Virus record (IMG/VR): IMGVR_UViG_3300029286_000009
Location: 1 to 64,000 of that record
Strand: one strand, 5' to 3'
DNA length: 64,000 bases
This document shows, piece after piece, positions 37,945-46,902 of the stretch. A program made the position numbers and the translations under genes. The notes under the pieces were generated by a model. That model was given only the letters and a program-made list of their open reading frames with translations. It was not told the origin of the DNA and ran no database searches. Position 1 is the stretch's first letter; each line of letters opens with the position of its first letter.

Positions 37945-38753
37945 TGCTAGGAGCAATTATTGGTGATATTATAGGTAGTCCTTACGAGTGGAACTATATT
38001 AAGACAACAGAATTTCCTTTATTTTCTGACGAGTCTTACGTAACAGACGACAGTATACTAACAGTAGCCACAGCCGATGCTATACTGTCGGGTAATTCTT
38101 TTGAGAGCAAATACCGGGAGTATGTAACTAAATATCCGTACGCGGGATATGGTAGTAATTTTTATAAGTGGGCAGTTACACCTAATTCGCCTCCCGGAGA
38201 ATCTTATGGTAACGGCTCAGCGATGCGTGTTAGTCCAGTAGGGTGGGCGTGCAATTGTTACAATAAGATGCTTAGCATGGCGATTGAGAGTGCCTCTTGT
38301 TCTCACGGACATGTAGAGGGCATTAAAGGTGCGTGTTTTGTTGCACGGGCCATAATGGCAAGTGGGCATTCCGAATTATCAAAGGATGTTCTTAAAGAGT
38401 ATTTGTGTAAGCATTACCCTTCTTATGATTTGGATATATCCTTGGACGAAATTCGCCCCACATATACCATGGACGAAAGGTGTCAGGGGACTGTGCCCCA
38501 GGCTTTCCGTTGTTTCTACGAAGCCAATTCATTTGAAGAAACTGTAAGATTGGCTGTATCATTAGGTGGTGACAGTGACACACTCGCTTGCATTGCAGGG
38601 TCTATTGCTGAAACTCTTTATGAGATACCCGATGAAATTGCAACAAAGGCATATGTTATTTTTTATAAAAGGTGCCCAGAACTTAATCCGATTGTGGTCG
38701 AATTTATGAATAAATATGTTAGACCAATTAACGAGGATTGGTCTCGGAGGTAA
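37938..38753 (+). CDS. ADP-ribosylglycohydrolase (DraG/ARH family)
   Basis: MLGAIIGDIIGSPYE, TDDS, SYGNGSAMRVSP, SH.H.EG, AVSLGGDSDTLACIAG. Confidence 0.92.
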   Translation: MLMLGAIIGDIIGSPYEWNYIKTTEFPLFSDESYVTDDSILTVATADAILSGNSFESKYREYVTKYPYAGYGSNFYKWAVTPNSPPGESYGNGSAMRVSPVGWACNCYNKMLSMAIESASCSHGHVEGIKGACFVARAIMASGHSELSKDVLKEYLCKHYPSYDLDISLDEIRPTYTMDERCQGTVPQAFRCFYEANSFEETVRLAVSLGGDSDTLACIAGSIAETLYEIPDEIATKAYVIFYKRCPELNPIVVEFMNKYVRPINEDWSRR

Positions 38754-39097
38754 GAATGAAAAGAATGCAGAGAATTTATCGTTATGAATGCCCGGATTGT
38801 GGGTGGGTAGCTTTTAGGGCTGAGCTTGTAAACGGGCTGATGTGCTCAAGTTGTGGGTGTCTGGATAAACCCCTTGTGTCCACAGAAGAGCGCGCGTATG
38901 AAATACCGGATGAACAGTATCAAGAGTTTGAGAAAGCGAAAGAACTTGCCAGCAGATTGGTGGCGGGGGAGAGTATGGACGATATCACGAAAGAAATAGA
39001 TATATTAAGTGGGCTGCAAGATTTCCCCATGCCGATAAGGTGTATTAGCTCTTGTGCGGCGGCATATGTGACAGAAGCAACGAGAAAGATATACTAA
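38738..39097 (+). CDS. Zinc-ribbon hypothetical protein
   Basis: YECPDCG...CSSCG. Confidence 0.6.
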   Translation: MVSEVRMKRMQRIYRYECPDCGWVAFRAELVNGLMCSSCGCLDKPLVSTEERAYEIPDEQYQEFEKAKELASRLVAGESMDDITKEIDILSGLQDFPMPIRCISSCAAAYVTEATRKIY

Positions 39098-39204
39098 TGT
39101 TAGAAACTTTGACAAATATCTACAGATTCTTTTTTGGTGCATGTGTAACAGTCGCGGTGGTTTATCTGCTGTGGTGTATTCACCATTATTATAAGGGGCA
39201 GTGA
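39097..39204 (+). CDS. Small single-pass membrane protein (35 aa, not in ORF track)
   Basis: TAATG-coupled ORF MLETLTNIYRFFFGACVTVAVVYLLWCIHHYYKGQ fills the gap exactly. Confidence 0.5.
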   Translation: MLETLTNIYRFFFGACVTVAVVYLLWCIHHYYKGQ

Positions 39205-39205
39205 T

Positions 39206-39907
39206 ATGGATTTGGTTGAACGCGTAGATAGTTTAGTTGGAAAAGATTCTGCTATATTAGTGCACGGGATAGGTTGTCAAGAATTTATTGATTATTTGTA
39301 CGATGACCAGAATGATGTTCCTACTGATATGGTAGAGTTCGGCACAGAACTATTTAATCGCTATGCAAGAATTATTTATAGGATTACGAACTACATTAAA
39401 CCTAAAACAATCGTGGAAATAGGCACACGCGAAGGCAGGTCTACCGACGCTTTTACTAGAGTAGTAGCAACCACAGACGGGCACGTGTATAGTTTTGACC
39501 CCGTTAGACAAAAAACCTTCGTATCTGATGCTGGCAAAGCACACTGGACATTCCATGAGATGAAAGGTGAGGAAGGTTACCAGGAGCACGCCGATGGTAT
39601 AGGATTGATAGACTTGCTTTATATCGATTGTGATCCGCATTCTTTAGAGAACACTAGAATTTGGCTGAACAATTACTGGATAAAGCAGTTGCGACGCGGA
39701 GGCTATTTATTGATGGACGATGCTTGTCCTCAACATGATACGGTAGTCGCAGATAAGAATTATGACGGAGTATGGAGAATACTTAAAGATTACGGTGTTC
39801 TTAGTGGCTTATTAGAGTTCCTTGCTGGTAATAATAATATTGAATATGCGTTTACCGTTTTTAATAACCATAGAAACGGGTTTGCGGTTGTAAAAATAAA
39901 GGAGTAG
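39206..39907 (+). CDS. Class I SAM methyltransferase (Methyltransf_24-like)
   Basis: IVEIGTREGRST, IDLLYIDCDPH, LRRGGYLLMDD. Confidence 0.82.
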   Translation: MDLVERVDSLVGKDSAILVHGIGCQEFIDYLYDDQNDVPTDMVEFGTELFNRYARIIYRITNYIKPKTIVEIGTREGRSTDAFTRVVATTDGHVYSFDPVRQKTFVSDAGKAHWTFHEMKGEEGYQEHADGIGLIDLLYIDCDPHSLENTRIWLNNYWIKQLRRGGYLLMDDACPQHDTVVADKNYDGVWRILKDYGVLSGLLEFLAGNNNIEYAFTVFNNHRNGFAVVKIKE

Positions 39908-39909
39908 GA

Positions 39910-40779
39910 ATGGATAAATTTACAGTAAGAGAGGTTAGTAATAGCTATACTTTTTTTAATCCAAACCCTAAGGCAAAATATGGTTTGGCTTTTACATTTT
40001 GGTATTCAAATATTGCAGACATGATTTTTGCTTGTGAGCTAATACGGCGGGAATGGATAAATCAAGAGTTAATTGACGTATCAGTAGGTTCTTTTGCTAC
40101 TTTATCTCCGGAAGATATTGCTAGATTGAGCAAGGTGGTTAACTATATTGTCAAAGTGGATGAGGATAGGGGGCATTTTGATGGCACGTCTTCTAACTGC
40201 AACGGGGCTATGTACCCCTTGATGACTAATAACGAACTGCAGACAGTAGCTCACACTGACGCTGACGTTCCTTGGCTCAACCAGTCTTATTTTTTTGGGC
40301 TCGCGAAAATGTTAGAGGACTCAGGTAAACTGATATTAACTTCTCAGGATACATATCTTTATGATATGGAAACCTTGAAGACCTCTATCTATACAGGGCA
40401 CGACATAGACCAGCGTCGGCAGTTTGGGTCTATGTTTTTTCTTAATAGAATTAAAGCTATAGAGTCAGGATACTTTCCTTTTGTTCTGGAGGGGCATTTC
40501 GAAAGAGATAGATTTACACACTTTGAAAGGCTCGGATTCACAGTGGATAATGATGCTATCATCCTCAAGAGAGCACCAATAGATAATGACCTACCAAACA
40601 ATTTTTTATATAGTTTTGACATAAATCTAGGGGTGGTACATCAAACAAATTGCGTGGAATCGCCTGAAGAAAACGATAGAAAAATTAGACTGTTACAGCT
40701 TATGTATACAGATGCGTGGGAAGATATGACGGTGGGGTATAAACATCACTTCAATCCTAAATCACCTAGGAAGAGATAA
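39910..40779 (+). CDS. Putative glycosyltransferase (GT-A-like)
   Basis: HTDADV DxD motif after a strand-helix-strand pattern, plus cluster context. Confidence 0.5.
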   Translation: MDKFTVREVSNSYTFFNPNPKAKYGLAFTFWYSNIADMIFACELIRREWINQELIDVSVGSFATLSPEDIARLSKVVNYIVKVDEDRGHFDGTSSNCNGAMYPLMTNNELQTVAHTDADVPWLNQSYFFGLAKMLEDSGKLILTSQDTYLYDMETLKTSIYTGHDIDQRRQFGSMFFLNRIKAIESGYFPFVLEGHFERDRFTHFERLGFTVDNDAIILKRAPIDNDLPNNFLYSFDINLGVVHQTNCVESPEENDRKIRLLQLMYTDAWEDMTVGYKHHFNPKSPRKR

Positions 40780-40822
40780 TGCGTTATCCACAATTTGTTT
40801 CTAGACCAGAGATAATTACTTA

Positions 40823-41025
40823 CGGAATTATTCACTTGACAAAAGCAATCCCTCCGTAGTATATTATAGTAGAGAATGACGACGAGAGGAAATGAAAATG
40901 CTGGCTCCTTTCGTTGGAACTATCGTAAAGTTTGCGATGGTGAACGGATGATCGCTGTGATAAAAGGAGTGGCAGGAAAGAGATTGAGCTATAAACCTTT
41001 GGCTGGAGGCGGACTGAATAACTAG
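40823..41025 (+). mobile_element. IS1595-family relic: left-end-like sequence plus the C-terminal tip of the transposase
   Basis: ORF 40876..41025 encodes SFRWNYRKVCDGERMIAVIKGVAGKRLSYK, the typical IS1595 transposase C-terminus (F.FR.N.R...D.ER......GKRL.Y). Upstream CGGAATTATTCACTTGACA resembles an IS1595 left end. The DDE core and a right inverted repeat were not found. Confidence 0.65.
40836..40865 (+). promoter_or_regulatory. Sigma70-type promoter within the IS end
   Basis: TTGACA (40836-41), 18-nt spacer, TATATT (40860-65). Confidence 0.55.
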
Positions 41026-41108
41026 CTTTCTGACAGAATCAAGAACATCGCTTATTCAGAGTGTGCATAAATATCTTGACGTATCACATGAAGAGGAGGA
41101 ACTCTTAC

Positions 41109-41570
41109 ATGATTACTGCAAACGAGGTCGCTGATTATATCCTTTGTCAATTTCGAGAAAAAGGTGTGCCAATATATCATCTAAAACTTCAGAAACTCGT
41201 CTATTATGTACAGGCATGGTTCTTAGCAATATATGATGAGGCCCTGTTTGGAGAGCCCCTTCAGGCGTGGATTCATGGAGCGGTGCAACCCGATCTTTAT
41301 AAGAGGTTTAGACGCTATCAGTGGGACCCCATAGATTACACACCCGTAATCTGTCCGAATTTTGAAGACGAAGACATTCCGAAGCACATAGATAAGGTTT
41401 TAGGCGTGTATGGAGGTTACGCGGCAAGGCAACTGGAGTTGATGATGCACGATGAAGAACCGTGGAAGAATGCTAGACAGGGACTTGCTGAACTTGAAGC
41501 TGGAACCCAAGAAATATCTCATGACGACATGAAAACATATTACCGAAGAATCGGGAGAAAGCAGGGGTGA
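41109..41570 (+). CDS. Panacea-domain (DUF4065/SocA/GepA-like) antitoxin
   Basis: TANEVADYIL, LKLQKLVYYVQAW.L....LF....AW.HG.V...Y, L..M.H.EEPW. GAGGAGG RBS precedes ATG 41109 (track start 41061). Confidence 0.88.
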   Translation: MITANEVADYILCQFREKGVPIYHLKLQKLVYYVQAWFLAIYDEALFGEPLQAWIHGAVQPDLYKRFRRYQWDPIDYTPVICPNFEDEDIPKHIDKVLGVYGGYAARQLELMMHDEEPWKNARQGLAELEAGTQEISHDDMKTYYRRIGRKQG

Positions 41571-41796
41571 AATGGCGAGGAAACTTTTGAGCAGCTCCCT
41601 TTAATTCTTCGGGATGACTTACGAACTTCTGACTTCTTTTGCGGAATACAAGATGAGCTTAGAGTGCTCGCAGATGAAGTCCATAATACTATTCAAAACA
41701 ATATACCGTGAGGATACGATGAATAAGAAACAGACCAAAGCCAAGAATCGTCCATCAGCAGTCGCTTCAGCCGCGACTAGGAAGTAGAGAGGCAGT

Positions 41797-42570
41797 ATGA
41801 ATCTTGATAAATTTAGGCGTAGTTTCCACTCTAAGGTATTGTCTAAGGCTAATGAATTACAGCCCCTAACGCACATATGGGGGACGAACAGCCCGCTGAT
41901 ACAACATACTATCAACCTAGCCGTTTCGTGTCTTGAGGACGGCGAGGCTTATTTTGAAGTAGGCTGTCTTTATGGGTCGTCTTTGGCGGCGGCATGCGTA
42001 AATAATGAAGATAAATATAAGTATGCCTGGGATATAAAATACGAAAAGAATGCGTTCGAAGTAATTAATAATCAGGCTAATAGAATAAAGGCACATGAAG
42101 GAGATTTCTTTGAAGAAAACCCCCGCTTACCTTTGGAGGAGTTTATAAAGAGACCAGTAGGGGTGTATTACTACGATGCAGACCACTCACATGAGGCAAC
42201 ACTAAAGGCACTTTGCAAGATTATACCACATCTTTCAGACAATGCTCTGATTATAATGGATGATTTGGAATACGGCTCAGTCTATAATTCTTGGCGTAAA
42301 TTTGCTAGAGAGCATAGTGGTAACTTCACCGTAGTTCACGAATTTTGGACACCCGACAAGTTTATAGCTTGCACAAAGGGTTACAAAGATGAATGGTGGG
42401 ACGCATGCGGTATCATGGAGTATGAGAAAGAGTTTAAAGAGGAAGATGAGGATGTTGCTAACCGGTCGGTGCAGATATGGCACGGCATGGGTGAGTATAA
42501 AGATCGGCACGGTACTTTGCACCCGAGAGAGTTTAAATATATCCATGGAAAAGAAGAACAGAGGGCATAG
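41797..42570 (+). CDS. Class I SAM methyltransferase (Methyltransf_24-like)
   Basis: YFEVGCLYGSS, VYYYDADHS, ALIIMDD. Confidence 0.8.
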   Translation: MNLDKFRRSFHSKVLSKANELQPLTHIWGTNSPLIQHTINLAVSCLEDGEAYFEVGCLYGSSLAAACVNNEDKYKYAWDIKYEKNAFEVINNQANRIKAHEGDFFEENPRLPLEEFIKRPVGVYYYDADHSHEATLKALCKIIPHLSDNALIIMDDLEYGSVYNSWRKFAREHSGNFTVVHEFWTPDKFIACTKGYKDEWWDACGIMEYEKEFKEEDEDVANRSVQIWHGMGEYKDRHGTLHPREFKYIHGKEEQRA

Positions 42571-43104
42571 ATGACACTATTAGTGCAACCAGAAATGGGA
42601 AGGTATTCCTACGGTGCTCCCATTGTTAGAAAATGGGGCGGAGAAACAACACGATGTATAATAGGGGCTTTTTGCTCTATAGCAGAAAATGTACAGGTTG
42701 CTTTAGGTGGGAATCACACAGTAGATTGGATTTCAACATTTCCTTTTCCAGCATTTTTTGAAGGATTCGGGGGTATTTTCTACCCTGGATTAGGTACCAA
42801 AGGAGATGTGATAATTGGGAATGATGTTTGGATAGGAATCAATGTTTCTATATTATCTGGGTCGGTTGTTGGGGATGGGTGTGCCGTTGGTGCCGACGCA
42901 GTGATTGCGGGGCATATTCCTGCTTATAGTGTTGTGGTTGGTAACCCTGCCAGGGTTATTAGAAAGCGATTCACTGATGAGCAAATAGCACAGCTACTAA
43001 AAATTAAATGGTGGGACTGGGAGATAGAAAAGATTTTAGAGAATGTGCCCTTACTGTTGAGTCCAAATATAGATGAATTTATAACGAAACATCAGCTTAT
43101 GTAG
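42571..43104 (+). CDS. CatB/Vat-related hexapeptide-repeat O-acetyltransferase
   Basis: GRYSYG, IGAFCSIA, GNH..DWISTFPF, IGNDVWIG, VVGNPARVIRKRF, WWDW. Confidence 0.9.
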   Translation: MTLLVQPEMGRYSYGAPIVRKWGGETTRCIIGAFCSIAENVQVALGGNHTVDWISTFPFPAFFEGFGGIFYPGLGTKGDVIIGNDVWIGINVSILSGSVVGDGCAVGADAVIAGHIPAYSVVVGNPARVIRKRFTDEQIAQLLKIKWWDWEIEKILENVPLLLSPNIDEFITKHQLM

Positions 43105-43112
43105 AGGCAGTA

Positions 43113-44045
43113 ATGAAACCTATGATTATCGATTCTTTTTGTTTCTTTGAGCCATACCAAATTGATATGCTACTAATTAAATTCCATGTAGAAGACGCTG
43201 GTGTGGCTGAGTGGGTAATAACGGAGAATACATATTCCTTTAGGGGTGAATATAAGGGACCGCATATCCTTAATCAAATATTACAGAATGATAAACGCTT
43301 CGCCAGGTTTCTGCCTAAAATAAAGGTAATAGAAGTCGAGATTGAACGAAAGTGTACACCAGGAGTTGAGGACTGGGAGATTATATTTCTTCAACGTGAA
43401 ACACAGAAAGAATATTTATACGATAATTACCCGTCTGACAGCTGGTTACTAGTGTCAGACGCAGATGAAATTGTAGATTTTGCTAATCCAGAAAAAGCCA
43501 CGTTAATATATGACGCGATTGAACAGCATTACGGAGAGATAATTCACCCGAACCCATTCTTTTTTGTATATGATTTTGATAATACTTTCCCCACCAGTGA
43601 GTGGTTACTTCTAGTTTTGGTAGAGTTATCTTACTTTAAGAAAAAGGATGTGCGTTTGGAACAGCCGAGAATGGAACGGTTAGTCGGTTATTGCATGCCT
43701 TACGGCTCAACAGCTTACCACTACCATTCATGTATGCGTCCACGACATATATTTAGAAAGCTTTGTACTTATGGACACACAAATTTTGTTAAGGATGATG
43801 TTAACCAATGGCTTTATTATAACCATGGTATGTTTAGGTCTAAACTAGGGGAGAAGATCGAAGCCAAAGGATTTACACTGGATACTGTGAAATTAACAGA
43901 GAAAAATTCACCTTTGTATGTGCGAGAAAGTATAGAGCAGCTCAAGACTAGAAGTGTTGATACAAATTATGTTAAAAATAGGCAAGATTGGTTCGCGGGA
44001 ATTCATACGTTTCCTGACATAGTAGGAGAAGATAGTAATGTATAA
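43113..44045 (+). CDS. Glycosyltransferase, GT17-like (GnT-III type)
   Basis: IIDSFCFF...ML.I.......V..WVITE..YSF.GE.K, QRE, LLVSDADEI, K...YGH. Confidence 0.7.
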   Translation: MKPMIIDSFCFFEPYQIDMLLIKFHVEDAGVAEWVITENTYSFRGEYKGPHILNQILQNDKRFARFLPKIKVIEVEIERKCTPGVEDWEIIFLQRETQKEYLYDNYPSDSWLLVSDADEIVDFANPEKATLIYDAIEQHYGEIIHPNPFFFVYDFDNTFPTSEWLLLVLVELSYFKKKDVRLEQPRMERLVGYCMPYGSTAYHYHSCMRPRHIFRKLCTYGHTNFVKDDVNQWLYYNHGMFRSKLGEKIEAKGFTLDTVKLTEKNSPLYVRESIEQLKTRSVDTNYVKNRQDWFAGIHTFPDIVGEDSNV

Positions 44046-44673
44046 TTTTTTTGACGTGTGCAAGGAGATACAGGGTTATACCTTGATTACTCCTGACCGC
44101 CTATGGGCTTTGTGGTCATGGGTGAACGATACAGTAATGTCTCTGGAGGGAAGCATTGCTGAACTCGGTAGTTACAAGGGCGGATCTGCTAAACTTTTGG
44201 CACGGGCGATAGGTCAAAGCAGGTCACTGCATGTGTTTGATACATTTGAGGGTGTGCCTGCTTCTATGATAGATACAAAAAAAGACTATGTGATGGGGGA
44301 CCATCCCCATCTAAATATTTCATGGGCAGACGGAAAATACGAGGGTGGAGAGTGGGTAGCCGACTATGAGCATGTCAAGTCTTTTCTACAAGATTGTCGC
44401 TGTATTACTCCCCACAAAGGAATAGTGCCAGAGATATTAAAAGAAGTTGAGAACGATAAGTTTTGTTTTGTACATTTAGATATGGATATATATGAGCCTA
44501 CTGTTGCTGCATTAGAATTCTTCTGGACACGCTTGATTTCTAATGGGGTGATTATATGTGACGATTATAGGCATTTACTCGGTGTCACTAATGCTGTGGA
44601 GGAATTTGCAACGAAACAAGGTGTAAAGGTGTTGCCTACTGCTTATATGCAATGTGCCATAAGGAAACCTTAG
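44038..44673 (+). CDS. TylF/MycF/NovP-family sugar O-methyltransferase
   Basis: R...L, G.IAELGSYKGGS, FDTFEG.P, FVHLDMDIYEPT...LE, GVIICDDY, AV.EF. Confidence 0.88.
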   Translation: MYNFFDVCKEIQGYTLITPDRLWALWSWVNDTVMSLEGSIAELGSYKGGSAKLLARAIGQSRSLHVFDTFEGVPASMIDTKKDYVMGDHPHLNISWADGKYEGGEWVADYEHVKSFLQDCRCITPHKGIVPEILKEVENDKFCFVHLDMDIYEPTVAALEFFWTRLISNGVIICDDYRHLLGVTNAVEEFATKQGVKVLPTAYMQCAIRKP

Positions 44674-44674
44674 T

Positions 44675-45370
44675 ATGTCTAATTTTTTAAACTATCCAGA
44701 TAAGGATAAACCTATATTATTTTTGCACATACCTAGGACCGGCGGAACCTCATTTAGGTGGATGATGGCGGCACAATACGGCAATGAAAAGATGGGACTT
44801 ATACGTTATGACTATCTTATAGAAGCAGAAGTAATAAGTAGGCAAGAAGATTTTAAGGTTATTACCGGTCATCTTTATATAGATGACGAAGTTGTCCAAA
44901 ACCTCAATGGTACTTACAATAGTATCACTATATTACGCCACCCCCTGTATAGGGCATTGTCTTTTTATCATTATGCTACCAACTGGAAAGGAAATAATGA
45001 ACATGAAGCCATCAAAAGTTACTCTTTAGAAGAGTTTCTAATACACCCCCAATTTAGTAACATGTTGTGCAACCATATTGGCGGTAATAATTCTAATAGC
45101 GTTTATGTAGACGCGTGTAGTAATCTTTCTAGATTAACACTTTTTGGGTTTTATGAACGGTATGCAGAAATGATCGCGATTGCACAGCGGAGGTTTGACT
45201 GGGGTGGTGTGGTCATACGACGAGAAGAACACATAGATGGGGTGTCTACCCCTGAACAACTCTCTAAAGGGTTACTAGACAAGTGGGCGGAATTAAATAA
45301 AATGGATATAGATTTTTATGGATATGCCGTGACTCTCTATGAAGAACGGCGATTGAAGTGGCTGGAATAG
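44675..45370 (+). CDS. Sulfotransferase family 2 protein
   Basis: 5'-PSB motif FLHIPRTGGTS, 3'-PB motif TILRHPLYRALSFY, C-terminal N..DI.FY. Confidence 0.85.
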   Translation: MSNFLNYPDKDKPILFLHIPRTGGTSFRWMMAAQYGNEKMGLIRYDYLIEAEVISRQEDFKVITGHLYIDDEVVQNLNGTYNSITILRHPLYRALSFYHYATNWKGNNEHEAIKSYSLEEFLIHPQFSNMLCNHIGGNNSNSVYVDACSNLSRLTLFGFYERYAEMIAIAQRRFDWGGVVIRREEHIDGVSTPEQLSKGLLDKWAELNKMDIDFYGYAVTLYEERRLKWLE

Positions 45371-45383
45371 AATGGAGGAATAA

Positions 45384-46409
45384 ATGAATGTAATTGTTAC
45401 AGGAGGAGCAGGATTCGTTGGTAGCACGTTAGTAGGTAAACTATTAGATTGGATTGACTATAATAAGTATGGTATAGAGGAGTGTTTCCCAATTACAGAT
45501 GGGGTTGTGACTCACCTAGATTTACGAGATTACAGAGTAGTGGATAAACTTGTAGTGGTAGACTCGTTAGTCTTTAATCAAAATAGTTTAGGCCAATACA
45601 TGGCTGATGACAGATTTGAGTTCATTCATGGGGATGTGACAGACTTTAGTTTGATGAAACCCTTGTATGAGGAAGCAGATGTTATTATTCCTCTTTCTGC
45701 GATAGTGGGCTTTCCGGCGTGTGCAAAACACCCCGAGTTAGCGTGGAAGATAAATTATAAATCCGTAGTGGAGATGTTAAATTACGTTGGCAACAACAAA
45801 CTTATCGTTTTTCCTTGCACGAACTCTGGCTATGGTGTTTATCCAGATGGTAGATACGTGACAGAAGAAGACCCACTCAATCCCATATCAGTGTATGGCA
45901 AATCAAAGGTTGCTGCAGAAAAGGAGGTGTTACAGAATTTAGGGGTTTCGTTAAGATTAGCTACAGTTATGGGCTGGAGCTATTTTATGCGGGTGGGGCT
46001 CCTGGTAAATACGTTTTGTTGGCAAGCGGCACGACACAGAAATATTGTGCTTTATCAGAAGCAGAACAAAAGAAATTATATCCACGTGGAAGATGCGTGC
46101 CAGGCATTTTTGCTAGCTATAGAAAAGTATGACCAAATGAAGGGACAGGCTTATAACGTGGGGTTATCAACAGCCAATATAAATAAGGAGCAACTTGCTC
46201 AGAAGATTGCTAAGTATACCGAATTACATATTTTAGAAGCACCACTAATGGAAGATCCCGACCGGCGTGACTACCTTGTTTCTAATGCAAAGATAGAGGC
46301 ACTGGGTTTTAAACCTACGTGGACGTTAGACGCAACAATTAAACAACTATTGAAATTTTACGGCAGCATTTCTGAGCATTCGGCAAATGTTTATTTTGGA
46401 ACAACATAA
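45384..46409 (+). CDS. NAD-dependent SDR; GDP-D-glycero-D-manno-heptose 4-dehydrogenase-like (C. jejuni Cj1427/WcaG type)
   Basis: TGGAGFVG, IIPL.A.VG.P.C...P.LA..INY, P.TNSGYG, PIS.YG..K, RLATV, RNYIHV.D, Y..MKGQAYN.GLS.AN, EDPD.RDYLVSN.K. These match my recollection of Cj1427. Confidence 0.8.
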   Translation: MNVIVTGGAGFVGSTLVGKLLDWIDYNKYGIEECFPITDGVVTHLDLRDYRVVDKLVVVDSLVFNQNSLGQYMADDRFEFIHGDVTDFSLMKPLYEEADVIIPLSAIVGFPACAKHPELAWKINYKSVVEMLNYVGNNKLIVFPCTNSGYGVYPDGRYVTEEDPLNPISVYGKSKVAAEKEVLQNLGVSLRLATVMGWSYFMRVGLLVNTFCWQAARHRNIVLYQKQNKRNYIHVEDACQAFLLAIEKYDQMKGQAYNVGLSTANINKEQLAQKIAKYTELHILEAPLMEDPDRRDYLVSNAKIEALGFKPTWTLDATIKQLLKFYGSISEHSANVYFGTT

Positions 46410-46420
46410 GGAGATCTAAA

Positions 46421-46669
46421 ATGCAAGTTCCTTGCGATTTCAAAGAAAATAGGTGGATTAACTACCGTGGTTTAGTTAATTTACTCGACCTTGACAATAT
46501 AATTTGTTGCTACGGGGATCGGCTGCGTACAGTTAGCACTGATGCTTGTTTAACCTGCGAAAATTTACAATGGTCTTCCACGTCTTTCACTGATTACCTG
46601 CCCACTGCATCATCAGAGGGTTGCAGTGGTGGTTGCCATAGTTGCGGGGAGGATACATGCGACAGGTAG
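46421..46669 (+). CDS. Small Cys-rich protein
   Basis: 82 aa with GGAG RBS; CLTC and GCSGGCHSCGEDTC. Confidence 0.55.
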   Translation: MQVPCDFKENRWINYRGLVNLLDLDNIICCYGDRLRTVSTDACLTCENLQWSSTSFTDYLPTASSEGCSGGCHSCGEDTCDR

Positions 46670-46902
46670 ATCAGAATGTTAGCATTAGAATCATAGAAAA
46701 TACAAAGCTTACTTGTCTAACTTGTTTAGGCGGGGTGCTATTAGAGAATGAGTTGATTGGTCAGGTAGTAATTTGTCACCAGAACACAGAGGATGTGACA
46801 AAAAATATAAATGCATTTTGTTTACAGGGTATGTGGCTTGTAGAAGGGAAAGCCCGTGAGTTTAAGGAGGCGTTCAATACGCTTTACAAGGAGGAGAAGT
46901 AA
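46642..46902 (+). CDS. Hypothetical protein
   Basis: ORF coupled to the next gene by TAATG; has a CLTC motif like the upstream ORF. Confidence 0.5.
   Translation: MRGGYMRQVDQNVSIRIIENTKLTCLTCLGGVLLENELIGQVVICHQNTEDVTKNINAFCLQGMWLVEGKAREFKEAFNTLYKEEK

Noticed and set aside
41568-41711. Selenocysteine or programmed readthrough at the Panacea TGA
   Set aside because: The Panacea domain is complete at the TGA and I see no convincing SECIS-like hairpin; the open frame is better explained as a remnant of an interrupted gene.
42571-43104. Vat/CatB antibiotic resistance gene
   Set aside because: The family includes many sugar O-acetyltransferases and the gene lies inside a glycan locus; resistance cannot be inferred.
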